59,357 nucleotides of DNA from positions 1-59,357 of the IMG/VR virus record IMGVR_UViG_3300033148_005636. One strand, given 5' to 3'. The stretch comes from a virus. Its lineage: Duplodnaviria > Caudoviricetes. A program made the translations under genes and the position numbers. This document shows, piece by piece, positions 24,169 through 32,432 of this stretch. The notes under the pieces were generated by a model that was given only the letters and a program-made list of their open reading frames with translations, was not told the DNA's origin and searched no databases. The first letter of the stretch is position 1, and every line of letters begins with the position of its first letter.

Positions 24169-26748
24169 TTAGAGCAGGTCGGCTATGTCTATCTGGTCGC
24201 TGGCGTTGGCCTTTGTGCCGTCTATCTCGACGCGGTAGGTGGCGACCTCGCTCGTGCCGTCGGCCATCGTGCGCGTGATTTCGATGGTAACCAACTCGAC
24301 TGTCTTCGGCACCTCGAACGTGATCTGGCCGCTGGCGTCGGAGGTGAATGCGTTCTCTTCGGTCAGCACGACGAGATCGTCCGCGCCCAGGGCGGCGGGA
24401 TATACGTCGAGCACTTTCAGGGACCAGGCCGCCGCACCGACCGCATCGCCCTGTTCGTCGGCGCAGTTCATGTAGAGCACATACTTGTCGGGGCTGGAGG
24501 GCGAGGGGATGGTCTGCGCCGTCAGCGTGATGGTGCCAGTGCTGTTGGCGCTGACGGTAATCTCCGTGTTGCTCGCCTTGTAGTTGACGGTGCTGGGCGT
24601 GAGGAGGTGGTAGGTGCCGCTGTCCAGGTTGAACGTGACGTTGCCGCTGCTGTCCGTAGTCTGCGTCGCGATGACGGCACTTTCGTCGGCGTTCTTGCAC
24701 GTGACCTTCAGGTCGCTCACAGCATTGCCGCTGCCGTCCTTGTAGGTGCGCGTGACGGTGTAACTCCCGCTGCCTGCGCCGCCGGTGACCCACGCGCTGT
24801 CACCACGGTCGCGGATGGCCTCCAGGCTGTCAGCCGACGGGTCGAACGTGCCGCCAATGTCGCTGGGCGCGGAGGCCGCCTTGCTCGCAAGCGCCTTGAT
24901 ACCGCCCAGCACGTTGTTGTCGCCGCTGCCCGCCCATGCGCCCAGACGCGAGAGGATGGTGTCCTGCTTGGCCTCAGTGGCGTCGCCGCCGGAGGTCAGC
25001 GTGCGCGTCGCATAGCTCCAGATGTCGGCTATCAGAGTGCCGAAGCCCGTGAGTGTGCGGCTTGCGGCGCCCCACACGGCAGTCGCAACGTCCGCCGCGC
25101 TGTGCGAGCTGCGCGTGCTGATGGCGGCGTCGATGTTCGCACCATCAAATGGCGTGCTGTCCGAGAGGATGGCATCCCGCACGTCGTTTGCGGCATGTGA
25201 TGACCGGGAACTGATGGCCGCGTCTATATTCGCCCCGTCAAACGGTGTGCTGTCAGACAGGATAGCGTCGCGAACGTCATTAGCCGAATGTGAGGAGCGC
25301 GAACTCACAGCAGCGTCGATGTTGGCTCCGTCGAACGGCGTCGCATCGGACAGTATATCATCCTGCGTCAGCGCCGGGTCCACAGCGTACCCGGACCACG
25401 CGTTGTTGCTACCATTGTCTACCTTGCCGCCGTCGGAGCCACCGGATGCGCAGAAGGCGAACGTATTCTGGTCCGCACCGCTAACCGTCTCAAACCCGGC
25501 TGTGGTGTTGCCTATGCTGGTGCAGTTCAGAAGCTGGTTGAGGTCTGCGCCCGTCCCGCTCAGGTAGAAGCCCCGCACGGCGGCTCCAGCGCCGACTGCT
25601 TTGCAGTGGTCGATGCGGTTGTACTTGCTGGCTACGTCAACCCCGCTCGTTGAGTGTTCGATGCTTCTGCAGTTCCTGAGCCACGTGGCGTCGCCGTTGA
25701 TGTCGAAGCCCACGGAACACTTGCAGGCGCAACAGCCTTCGACGGTAACGTAGTCCGCCCCGGCCTGCACATCCAGCCCGACGCTCGCGCTGCTCGGGTG
25801 GAATATCGCGCCGCTGATCTTGCAGGACGACGCGCTGATCGTCAGGCACGCCGAGGCCCCACCGCTGTCTATGATTACGCCGGGCTCGCAGAACACAACC
25901 ACGCTGGCCGTGGAGAGCGTGAGGTTCGATTCGCTGTAGGTTCCGGGAGCTATGACTATGTGGTCTCCGGCGCTTACGGACGAGAGCGCCTTGCCAATCG
26001 TGGCGAATGGCACATCGGGAGCGTCGCCGTCATTGCCGTCATTGCCGGTAGTGCCGTTGACGTAGTAGGTCGTGAAGAACGGAGCGGTGTCTATCTGCCG
26101 CAGCCTGCGCCCGGCGGAGGTGGGCACATTATGCGTCGCGCCGGTTAGCTGCTCGTCCCATACGCCGTCCGCTATCTCGTCAACGGCGTCATCGGCCAGC
26201 GCGTCGGCGTCGATGGCATCGGTATCTATGACTGCGGCGGTGATGGCTGCGTTGGCGAGGGAGTAGCCGGTCTTGTCATTGTTCGCGGTCAGGGCGTCGG
26301 CAGTCTTCACGCCCTCGACCTTGTTCGTAGCCGGGTCGTAGCCAGCGTCGGCGAAGTCTTTCAGGTCGGTAGCGGACTGGCTATCGCCGCCGATTTGCGT
26401 TACATCGACCTCCAGCACATCGCTACCGGCAACGAGCGAGTCGTACACATCGGCGGGCAGGACCATGAACTCGTGCCAGACGGGTAGCGCACCGCTCACG
26501 GCAATGGCGACGACGAGGCTTCCCAGCGTGCCGGTGTCGGTGGCGTCGAGCGGGCAGCCGTACCATCCGTCCTCATCGTGCGTGCAGCCGGTGGCGTCGT
26601 GCTTCTGGGCAAAGTCTCCGCCGTTCTTGCTCAACCGCACGTCCGCCTGACTGATGGTGAGCCCGGTCTCAGGGGTGACGCCATCGGTGCTATCGACGAA
26701 CGGCCCGATCTTGCGCGTCGCAGCCGTAGACTGTCGCAGGAATTGCAT
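24169..26748 (-). CDS. Tail fibre/spike with parallel beta-helix domain
   Basis: TYYVNGTTGNDGNDG...PFATIGKAL (DUF1565/pectin-lyase-like), beta-helix repeats, and C-terminal Ig-like domains. Confidence 0.75.
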   Translation of the reverse strand: MQFLRQSTAATRKIGPFVDSTDGVTPETGLTISQADVRLSKNGGDFAQKHDATGCTHDEDGWYGCPLDATDTGTLGSLVVAIAVSGALPVWHEFMVLPADVYDSLVAGSDVLEVDVTQIGGDSQSATDLKDFADAGYDPATNKVEGVKTADALTANNDKTGYSLANAAITAAVIDTDAIDADALADDAVDEIADGVWDEQLTGATHNVPTSAGRRLRQIDTAPFFTTYYVNGTTGNDGNDGDAPDVPFATIGKALSSVSAGDHIVIAPGTYSESNLTLSTASVVVFCEPGVIIDSGGASACLTISASSCKISGAIFHPSSASVGLDVQAGADYVTVEGCCACKCSVGFDINGDATWLRNCRSIEHSTSGVDVASKYNRIDHCKAVGAGAAVRGFYLSGTGADLNQLLNCTSIGNTTAGFETVSGADQNTFAFCASGGSDGGKVDNGSNNAWSGYAVDPALTQDDILSDATPFDGANIDAAVSSRSSHSANDVRDAILSDSTPFDGANIDAAISSRSSHAANDVRDAILSDSTPFDGANIDAAISTRSSHSAADVATAVWGAASRTLTGFGTLIADIWSYATRTLTSGGDATEAKQDTILSRLGAWAGSGDNNVLGGIKALASKAASAPSDIGGTFDPSADSLEAIRDRGDSAWVTGGAGSGSYTVTRTYKDGSGNAVSDLKVTCKNADESAVIATQTTDSSGNVTFNLDSGTYHLLTPSTVNYKASNTEITVSANSTGTITLTAQTIPSPSSPDKYVLYMNCADEQGDAVGAAAWSLKVLDVYPAALGADDLVVLTEENAFTSDASGQITFEVPKTVELVTIEITRTMADGTSEVATYRVEIDGTKANASDQIDIADLL
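25083..25362 (-). repeat. Three tandem 93-bp (31-aa) coding repeats
   Basis: ILSD(A/S)TPFDGANIDAA(V/I)S(S/T)RSSH x3; ends approximate. Confidence 0.85.
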
Positions 26749-27551
26749 TATGCCGTCCTCCGCCTACGGTAGTAGTAGTCCATCACGGGCATGATGTTAG
26801 CCGCCGCCTCCCCGTATCGCCACAGGCCCAGCGTGCGCGGCTGGAGGGGCAGCAGCGGCTGCTCATAAAGCGCCCGCACCTCGGCGGCGGAGAGGGCGCG
26901 GGCGTAGACGTATGCAAGCTCCAAGCGCCCGTCTAACACTCTGATAGCCCCTCCGGCCCCATCACCACGGGCGCCGATATATACGTCTACCGATTCGCTA
27001 TCGCACGGGGTGATGTCGCCCGTCGCATCCTCTACGCCATCAATGTAGATGGTAGCGCTGCCCCCTGCCGTTAGCGTAGCAGCGACGTGGCGCAAACTAG
27101 TCCCCACGTTACTCGCACTGTACAGGTTCGATGTTGTCTGCCCGCCGATTAAGTTGGCCCGCCCAGCTCCTGACTCAATCCACAGTCCCCACGCGCAGGT
27201 TCCGCCGTCGCGCTTAGAGACTATGTAGCCGTCTGAGACCATCGTGCCGCATTTTACTATGCCGCCTATTGTCACCGCGCTGACATCGAGCGAAGGATCG
27301 TCCGCTACACGCGCATAATCGTCTGACCCGTCGAAATCCAGCGCTGGCCCGTGCTCTCCCACGACCCAATCCGTCGCCGGGTCCATGTTCGTGAGTGTAC
27401 CATGATTGCCGTAGCCCGTCAGGTCATGCACGACGCCGCCCGCGCCCTCGTGGAAGAGCCAGAAGCCCACAAGGCCTGTCGTGCTCCAGTGGCTTCCCAG
27501 CGGACGCAGGCGCGGCATGTTCGGCTTGCGGTGCCACACTCGCGACGCCAT
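26748..27551 (-). CDS. LamG/concanavalin-A-like domain virion protein
   Basis: GLVGFWLFHEG, ALDFDGSDDY, HVAAT...IYIDGV, YARALSAAEV. Confidence 0.85.
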   Translation of the reverse strand: MASRVWHRKPNMPRLRPLGSHWSTTGLVGFWLFHEGAGGVVHDLTGYGNHGTLTNMDPATDWVVGEHGPALDFDGSDDYARVADDPSLDVSAVTIGGIVKCGTMVSDGYIVSKRDGGTCAWGLWIESGAGRANLIGGQTTSNLYSASNVGTSLRHVAATLTAGGSATIYIDGVEDATGDITPCDSESVDVYIGARGDGAGGAIRVLDGRLELAYVYARALSAAEVRALYEQPLLPLQPRTLGLWRYGEAAANIMPVMDYYYRRRRTA

Positions 27552-27949
27552 TACGCAGTCACCTTCACGACCTCGATCCAGCCATCGACCGCCGAAGCGT
27601 CCGTGTTCTGGCCGGTGTCATTCTTGATAGCCACCTTGAAGTAGCGCGGGAGGCTATCGAGCTTCCACGCCCATTGGTACTTCTGGTCGGCGTCAGCGGT
27701 GGCGAGCAACTCGATGATGTTGTCGTCAAAGCCGTCGCCGGAGGTAGTGTGAATCGGGATGATGTAGATGTGGAAAAGCTCGTTGCCGCCGGGGTTCGCC
27801 GCGAAGCCGGTCACCTGCACGTAGAGCCATATCTGTTCGGCCAGCGTGTCCGCGCCGAGGTCCTGCTCTGGGCTTGTGTACGTGGCCCCGGCATTGATCG
27901 TCTGGCCCGAGACCGGATGTATGAGCGTCCGCGCGAATCCGAGCGCCAT
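27551..27949 (-). CDS. Hypothetical virion protein
   Basis: Beta-rich; coupled to both neighbours. Confidence 0.65.
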   Translation of the reverse strand: MALGFARTLIHPVSGQTINAGATYTSPEQDLGADTLAEQIWLYVQVTGFAANPGGNELFHIYIIPIHTTSGDGFDDNIIELLATADADQKYQWAWKLDSLPRYFKVAIKNDTGQNTDASAVDGWIEVVKVTA

Positions 27950-28353
27950 CAGTCGCGCACCTCCCTCACGGCCTCGCTCGCGAGACGCCGGGCGAGGTCC
28001 TCTCGAATCCCATCCTCAGACAGGCCGACATAGCCGCGCAACTGCGCCACGTTCTCGGGGTAGAGGCGACCGATGCCAAGCGCCTGTGCCCTGCTCGGCC
28101 CCATGACCGGGCGCTCCTCAGTGGCCGCCGCAACCCGGCGCTGCAAGTCTCGGAGGTCCTCCGCGTTGCGGATGGCCTCCGCGAGTCGCCCGGCGTCGGG
28201 CTCGACCGCCACAACTTCGACCTCCCCCGTGGGCTGAGGCGCGTTCATGTGCTCGACGAACTCCTCATCGCTCATGCCCGCCTCCTTCGCCTCCGCAAGC
28301 GCCTCCAGCAGCGGGGGCACATACTTGTACTTCACGATGTCAGGCATCCGCAA
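27949..28353 (-). CDS. Hypothetical protein
   Basis: GGAGGAG RBS. Confidence 0.6.
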   Translation of the reverse strand: MRMPDIVKYKYVPPLLEALAEAKEAGMSDEEFVEHMNAPQPTGEVEVVAVEPDAGRLAEAIRNAEDLRDLQRRVAAATEERPVMGPSRAQALGIGRLYPENVAQLRGYVGLSEDGIREDLARRLASEAVREVRD

Positions 28354-28369
28354 TCACTCCTCCGCTACG

Positions 28370-28483
28370 CTAGCGCCGCCGTCCCTTGCCGACCCTCCGC
28401 GTGGGCTTGCATCCGCCCCGTCCCCTGTTCGCCCTCTGTCCGCGACCGGAACCGTCTCGCTTCGGCACTCCGCGCTTCGCCAT
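28370..28483 (-). CDS. 37-aa Arg/Lys/Gly-rich peptide (not in ORF track)
   Basis: AAGGTGA RBS; MAKRGVPKRDGSGRGQRANRGRGGCKPTRRVGKGRRR fills the intergenic gap. Confidence 0.65.
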   Translation of the reverse strand: MAKRGVPKRDGSGRGQRANRGRGGCKPTRRVGKGRRR

Positions 28484-28512
28484 CTGGTCTCACCTTCTCG
28501 GGTTGCTTCACG

Positions 28513-29565
28513 TCAGAATACACTACCGAACTCGCGCGTCATCTGCTCACCATAGTGCAGCGCGGTCATCCAGTCAATGTTGCGCGCCTCGGGCGCGTCG
28601 AGGTCGGCCCCTCTGTTGATCGCGCGCACAATATCCGCCACCATCGTCTGGACGCCACGCGTAGGTTCCCAACCCAGCGCCTCGCGCATGGCCTCGCAGC
28701 ACATGCCGTAGGACCGGCCCTCACCGCGCGACCAGTCGCCCACGACGCGCACCGAGTAGTGCTTGTTGTGCTCAAGCAGGTGCGCGATGTAGAGCGCCAG
28801 ACACGCAATCGTGTACCCCTCGCCTAGCGGCTGGGCGTTCCAAACGGTATGACGGCGTCTCGCGACGTTGAAAATGCCACCATGCACGTCCTCTGCTTCG
28901 AGAAACCGGACGTGAGCCTCCGCGCAATCCTGTACGTCTATGAGTGGCCGGTACGCTTCGCCGCCGGCATACACGCTGATCTCGCCGCGCGTCACCGCTG
29001 ACCTCACCATCGCGTTGACCACCAGGTCCCACCGCATTCGCGGAGACCATCCGCCGACCGTACCCTGCCGCAGGATGATTGGCTTGAACCCGTCATCTGC
29101 CAGCGAGAGGAGCGCCTGTTCCGCCGCCACTTTGCTCTCGCCATACGCGCTCTGTGGGTTAGTTGGGGCATCTTCCGTCAGGTTCGCCTCATGGCTGGCG
29201 CCGTAGACGCTGGCTGAGGACGCGAACGTCAGCCTGCGCACTCCGGCGGCCTTCGCGGCCTCGGCGATCTGACGCGTCGCCTCATAGTTCAGCGCCCAGT
29301 TGGCGTCTGGATCGAACGCCGCCGTCGGATCATTGCTCAGCCCCGCGAGATGGCATACGGCCTCGATGCCATCGAACACGCCATCAGGCAGGTCGCGAAT
29401 GTCCGCCCGTATCAACTGAGCGTCAGGTGCCCATTCCTCCAGCGCCGCGGCGCCCGACGGGAACAGGCACTTGTCCACGACGCGCACCGCGTGCCCCGCA
29501 TCGCGCAGCTTGCGCACGAGCCACACGCCAATGTAGCCACAGCCGCCGGTCACGATTACGTTCAT
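28513..29565 (-). CDS. NAD-dependent nucleotide-sugar epimerase/dehydratase (extended SDR)
   Basis: TGGCGYIG, HLAGLS, SSASVYG, YGESK. Confidence 0.92.
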   Translation of the reverse strand: MNVIVTGGCGYIGVWLVRKLRDAGHAVRVVDKCLFPSGAAALEEWAPDAQLIRADIRDLPDGVFDGIEAVCHLAGLSNDPTAAFDPDANWALNYEATRQIAEAAKAAGVRRLTFASSASVYGASHEANLTEDAPTNPQSAYGESKVAAEQALLSLADDGFKPIILRQGTVGGWSPRMRWDLVVNAMVRSAVTRGEISVYAGGEAYRPLIDVQDCAEAHVRFLEAEDVHGGIFNVARRRHTVWNAQPLGEGYTIACLALYIAHLLEHNKHYSVRVVGDWSRGEGRSYGMCCEAMREALGWEPTRGVQTMVADIVRAINRGADLDAPEARNIDWMTALHYGEQMTREFGSVF

Positions 29566-30035
29566 CGCGCCTCAACCTTCCAGCAGGCGTCGAACGCGGA
29601 TGCAGGCAGGCGCTCCTCGTCGGGCCGCTCGTAGATGCGCCCGTCGCCACAGTAGGGTTCCGAGGCGACGCTCAGTAGCAGCGTATTCGGCTCCAGCGCC
29701 ATCCAGCCATGCCAGACGCCGGGCGGCACGTGCAGGACGGCGGCCTTGCGGTCGGACAGGGTCATGCGGTAGGGACGCGCATTCTGAGCCGGTTCGCCGG
29801 GGTCCGCATCGACGAACTGGAACAGCGCCGCGCCGTGCACGATGCAGAAGTGGTCCCACATCTCCGCGTGCCTGTGCCATGCCCGGACAACGCCGGGCCA
29901 GCGAGTGCGCACCACGTAAACCTGCCCGAACCGCACGAACTCTTGGTCGTCGCGACGCAGCATCTCAAACAATTCGCCGCGGTCATCCACGTGCGTCGTG
30001 GGCACGGTCATCGTCACCCGTCTCTCATGTGACAT
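29562..30035 (-). CDS. rmlC: RmlC-like dTDP-sugar 3,5-epimerase (cupin)
   Basis: DDRG, VVRAWHRH, LHVPPGVWHG. Confidence 0.85.
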   Translation of the reverse strand: MSHERRVTMTVPTTHVDDRGELFEMLRRDDQEFVRFGQVYVVRTRWPGVVRAWHRHAEMWDHFCIVHGAALFQFVDADPGEPAQNARPYRMTLSDRKAAVLHVPPGVWHGWMALEPNTLLLSVASEPYCGDGRIYERPDEERLPASAFDACWKVEAR

Positions 30036-30870
30036 AGCCATTCTCCTCACAGTAATCTCTGACCGCTTCGGTCCAGTATGGCACATACGGCAGGCGCGTG
30101 TTGATGAGCGCGCTCTGTCCGGGGCGCAGCGGGTCCACGTTGCCAACACGCGCGGTGAACTTCGGCTGGATTCCCACCACCTCCCCAATCAGCATAGCGA
30201 ATTCATAGTGTGAGCAATGCCCGCGGTTCGCGCAATGGAACACGCCGCGTTCCTCGCCGCGCGTGATCAGCCGCGCCACGCATAGCACCTTCTGTGCCGC
30301 GTCCCGCGCGTAGGTAGGCGAGAAACAGGTGTCATCGTCGAGGGCGAGCTGCTTGCCCTCGCGCAGCGCGCCGACGATGAAATCGACGAAGTTGCCGCCG
30401 CCCTTGGCACGACAGCCGCTCCTCCCGAACAGGTGCGAAATGCGACAGACCCCGACGCGTTCCAGCATCGCCAGCGCCGCCAGTTCGCCTGCTCGTTTCG
30501 CGCGGGCGTAGACGGACAGCGGACGACATGCCGCGTATTCATCGTATGCCGCCTTCTGGCCGTCGAACACGTAGTCGGTGCTGATGTAGATGTACGCGGC
30601 CTCGACCCTGCGCGCGGCGAGGATCAGGGGCAGCGCAACGTTCACCTTCCACGCCTGCATCGGCGTCTCCTCGCAGGCCTGCAGGTCGTGCATCGCCGCC
30701 GTGTTGATGATACAGTCGGGCCGGTCGCGCTCGATTGCAGCGACGCCCGCGTCGGTTGCGACCTCCACGTCCGCGTGCGTGTACCCGATAACCTCATGCC
30801 CTGCGGTCTTGCAGGCCACCATCAGTTCCGAGCCGAGTTGCCCGTTTGCGCCGATGACCGCTATGCGCAT
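30025..30870 (-). CDS. rmlD: RmlD-like dTDP-4-dehydrorhamnose reductase
   Basis: GANGQLG, ISTDYVFDG, YARAKRAGE. Confidence 0.9.
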   Translation of the reverse strand: MRIAVIGANGQLGSELMVACKTAGHEVIGYTHADVEVATDAGVAAIERDRPDCIINTAAMHDLQACEETPMQAWKVNVALPLILAARRVEAAYIYISTDYVFDGQKAAYDEYAACRPLSVYARAKRAGELAALAMLERVGVCRISHLFGRSGCRAKGGGNFVDFIVGALREGKQLALDDDTCFSPTYARDAAQKVLCVARLITRGEERGVFHCANRGHCSHYEFAMLIGEVVGIQPKFTARVGNVDPLRPGQSALINTRLPYVPYWTEAVRDYCEENGYVT

Positions 30871-30889
30871 TATCCGTCAGTCCTTTCTC

Positions 30890-31474
30890 TCACGGTATCT
30901 CCTCTTCCTCTGTGTACGTCTGCGCGTACCGCCGTGGTCGCTCGATCTCCACCAGCTCCGCAATCGCCTCCTCCGGCGCGAGCGGTTGCACTCGCGGCAC
31001 CGCCCTGACCCGCATCAGCCTGACCAGGTTCCAGAACAGCGCCCGCGCCACAGCCAGCGGCAGGTCGGGCATCGCGCGTCGCACCTCTCGCAGGAGCGCC
31101 CTGTCGTACTGGTACTCGCACCTCACGTCCGTGAAGTGCCTTCGCCACGTCAGGTCCTGTCGCAGCCACCAGTCGCCGACGTAGAACTGGTGCTGGGTCG
31201 GGACGTACATGGTCTGCGACTGCACCCACGGAACGAGAAACTGCACACGCCCGCCGGGCTTCTTCAGCACGCGGTAAATCTCGGACACGACGGCGTTCAC
31301 GTTGTGCAGGTGCTCCATGAAATGACTGCTGCGCACTACATCGACTGAGTTATCCGCGAGCGGAATACCATCGCGGTCGATGTCGGCGATGATGTCGGCA
31401 CCGGTGCGCTCATCACGGTCGATGCCGACCGCGCCTTTGAGCTTGTAGTGCCCGCAACCGAGGTCAACTATCAT
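30890..31474 (-). CDS. Class I SAM-dependent methyltransferase (likely sugar O-methylation)
   Basis: VDLGCG, HFMEHL, EIYRVLK. Confidence 0.85.
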   Translation of the reverse strand: MIVDLGCGHYKLKGAVGIDRDERTGADIIADIDRDGIPLADNSVDVVRSSHFMEHLHNVNAVVSEIYRVLKKPGGRVQFLVPWVQSQTMYVPTQHQFYVGDWWLRQDLTWRRHFTDVRCEYQYDRALLREVRRAMPDLPLAVARALFWNLVRLMRVRAVPRVQPLAPEEAIAELVEIERPRRYAQTYTEEEEIP

Positions 31475-32432
31475 CGCCGAGCACCTCCAGCAGGCGGGTG
31501 GCGATGACCCCGGCGGAACGCAATCGCAATGCCTCGGCCCTGCCATTCTCGCCCAAGCCACGCCGCAGGTCAGGCATGGCAATCAGGCGCGTGATGTTGC
31601 GCCCCCACTCCTCGGCATAGTAGCACAGCAGGCCGGTTTCGTCACGGCGCACAAGCTCATGATAGCACTGCGCGTCCTCGACGGCGACGGGTAGCCCCAA
31701 CGCCATCAAGCTGGCCGCCTTGTTGTCGCTCTTGCACCAGCACCAGTCGGTCTGCTCCAGCGGTATGACGCTCAGGTCGCAGGACGCCATGTGCTTGGCG
31801 ACGGTGCCGTACTCCCAAGCATGGAACTCAACCTCGCTCGGCAGCAGGGCGCGCGCGAGAGTCTCGTTTCTCTGCCCGACGCATGTTCGCGGCGGCATGG
31901 CGATGACCCACGTCAGGCGAAAGTGCTTCGCAATCTCCGGCAACGCCCACCTGATAGGCGACAGCGCAAACCAGCCGAGGTTGTCGGTGCCGCCCATCCA
32001 CGCGATCCGCACGTCGTTGCGCCTGTCGGTGTACTCGCACCGCCGCGTCAGGTAGATCGGGTCGATTGCCTCCGGCCACAGCCGCACGTTGTCGTGCAGG
32101 CGCGACAGCTTGTCGCGCAGGCGGTTCGAGCACACGAGCAGGCCGTCGTACTCCGCCAGCGTCGCGTCCGGGAAGCCCATGTACTCGCGCCCGGCCCCGA
32201 TGTAGTCATCGTTTACGTCGAGCCACAGTTCGCCCGCCCGCTGCCGCAAGCGCGTCGCCACTGCCACCGGCGCCATCCGCTGCACGATGATGGCGTCGGC
32301 GGTCTCGCCATCGGCGTACGGCCCCGCGTCAACATCGCGCCGCCGCAACTCGTCGATGATGTTCCAGCCGCGGTGCCGGGTCGTCGCACAGTTCCGGTCG
32401 CCGTTATTCCACAGCCACCATCGTATTCGCAT
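31464..32432 (-). CDS. Glycosyltransferase, GT-B/GT4-like
   Basis: IAWMG, DLSVIPL...KSDNK...ALGLPV. Confidence 0.85.
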   Translation of the reverse strand: MRIRWWLWNNGDRNCATTRHRGWNIIDELRRRDVDAGPYADGETADAIIVQRMAPVAVATRLRQRAGELWLDVNDDYIGAGREYMGFPDATLAEYDGLLVCSNRLRDKLSRLHDNVRLWPEAIDPIYLTRRCEYTDRRNDVRIAWMGGTDNLGWFALSPIRWALPEIAKHFRLTWVIAMPPRTCVGQRNETLARALLPSEVEFHAWEYGTVAKHMASCDLSVIPLEQTDWCWCKSDNKAASLMALGLPVAVEDAQCYHELVRRDETGLLCYYAEEWGRNITRLIAMPDLRRGLGENGRAEALRLRSAGVIATRLLEVLGDDS

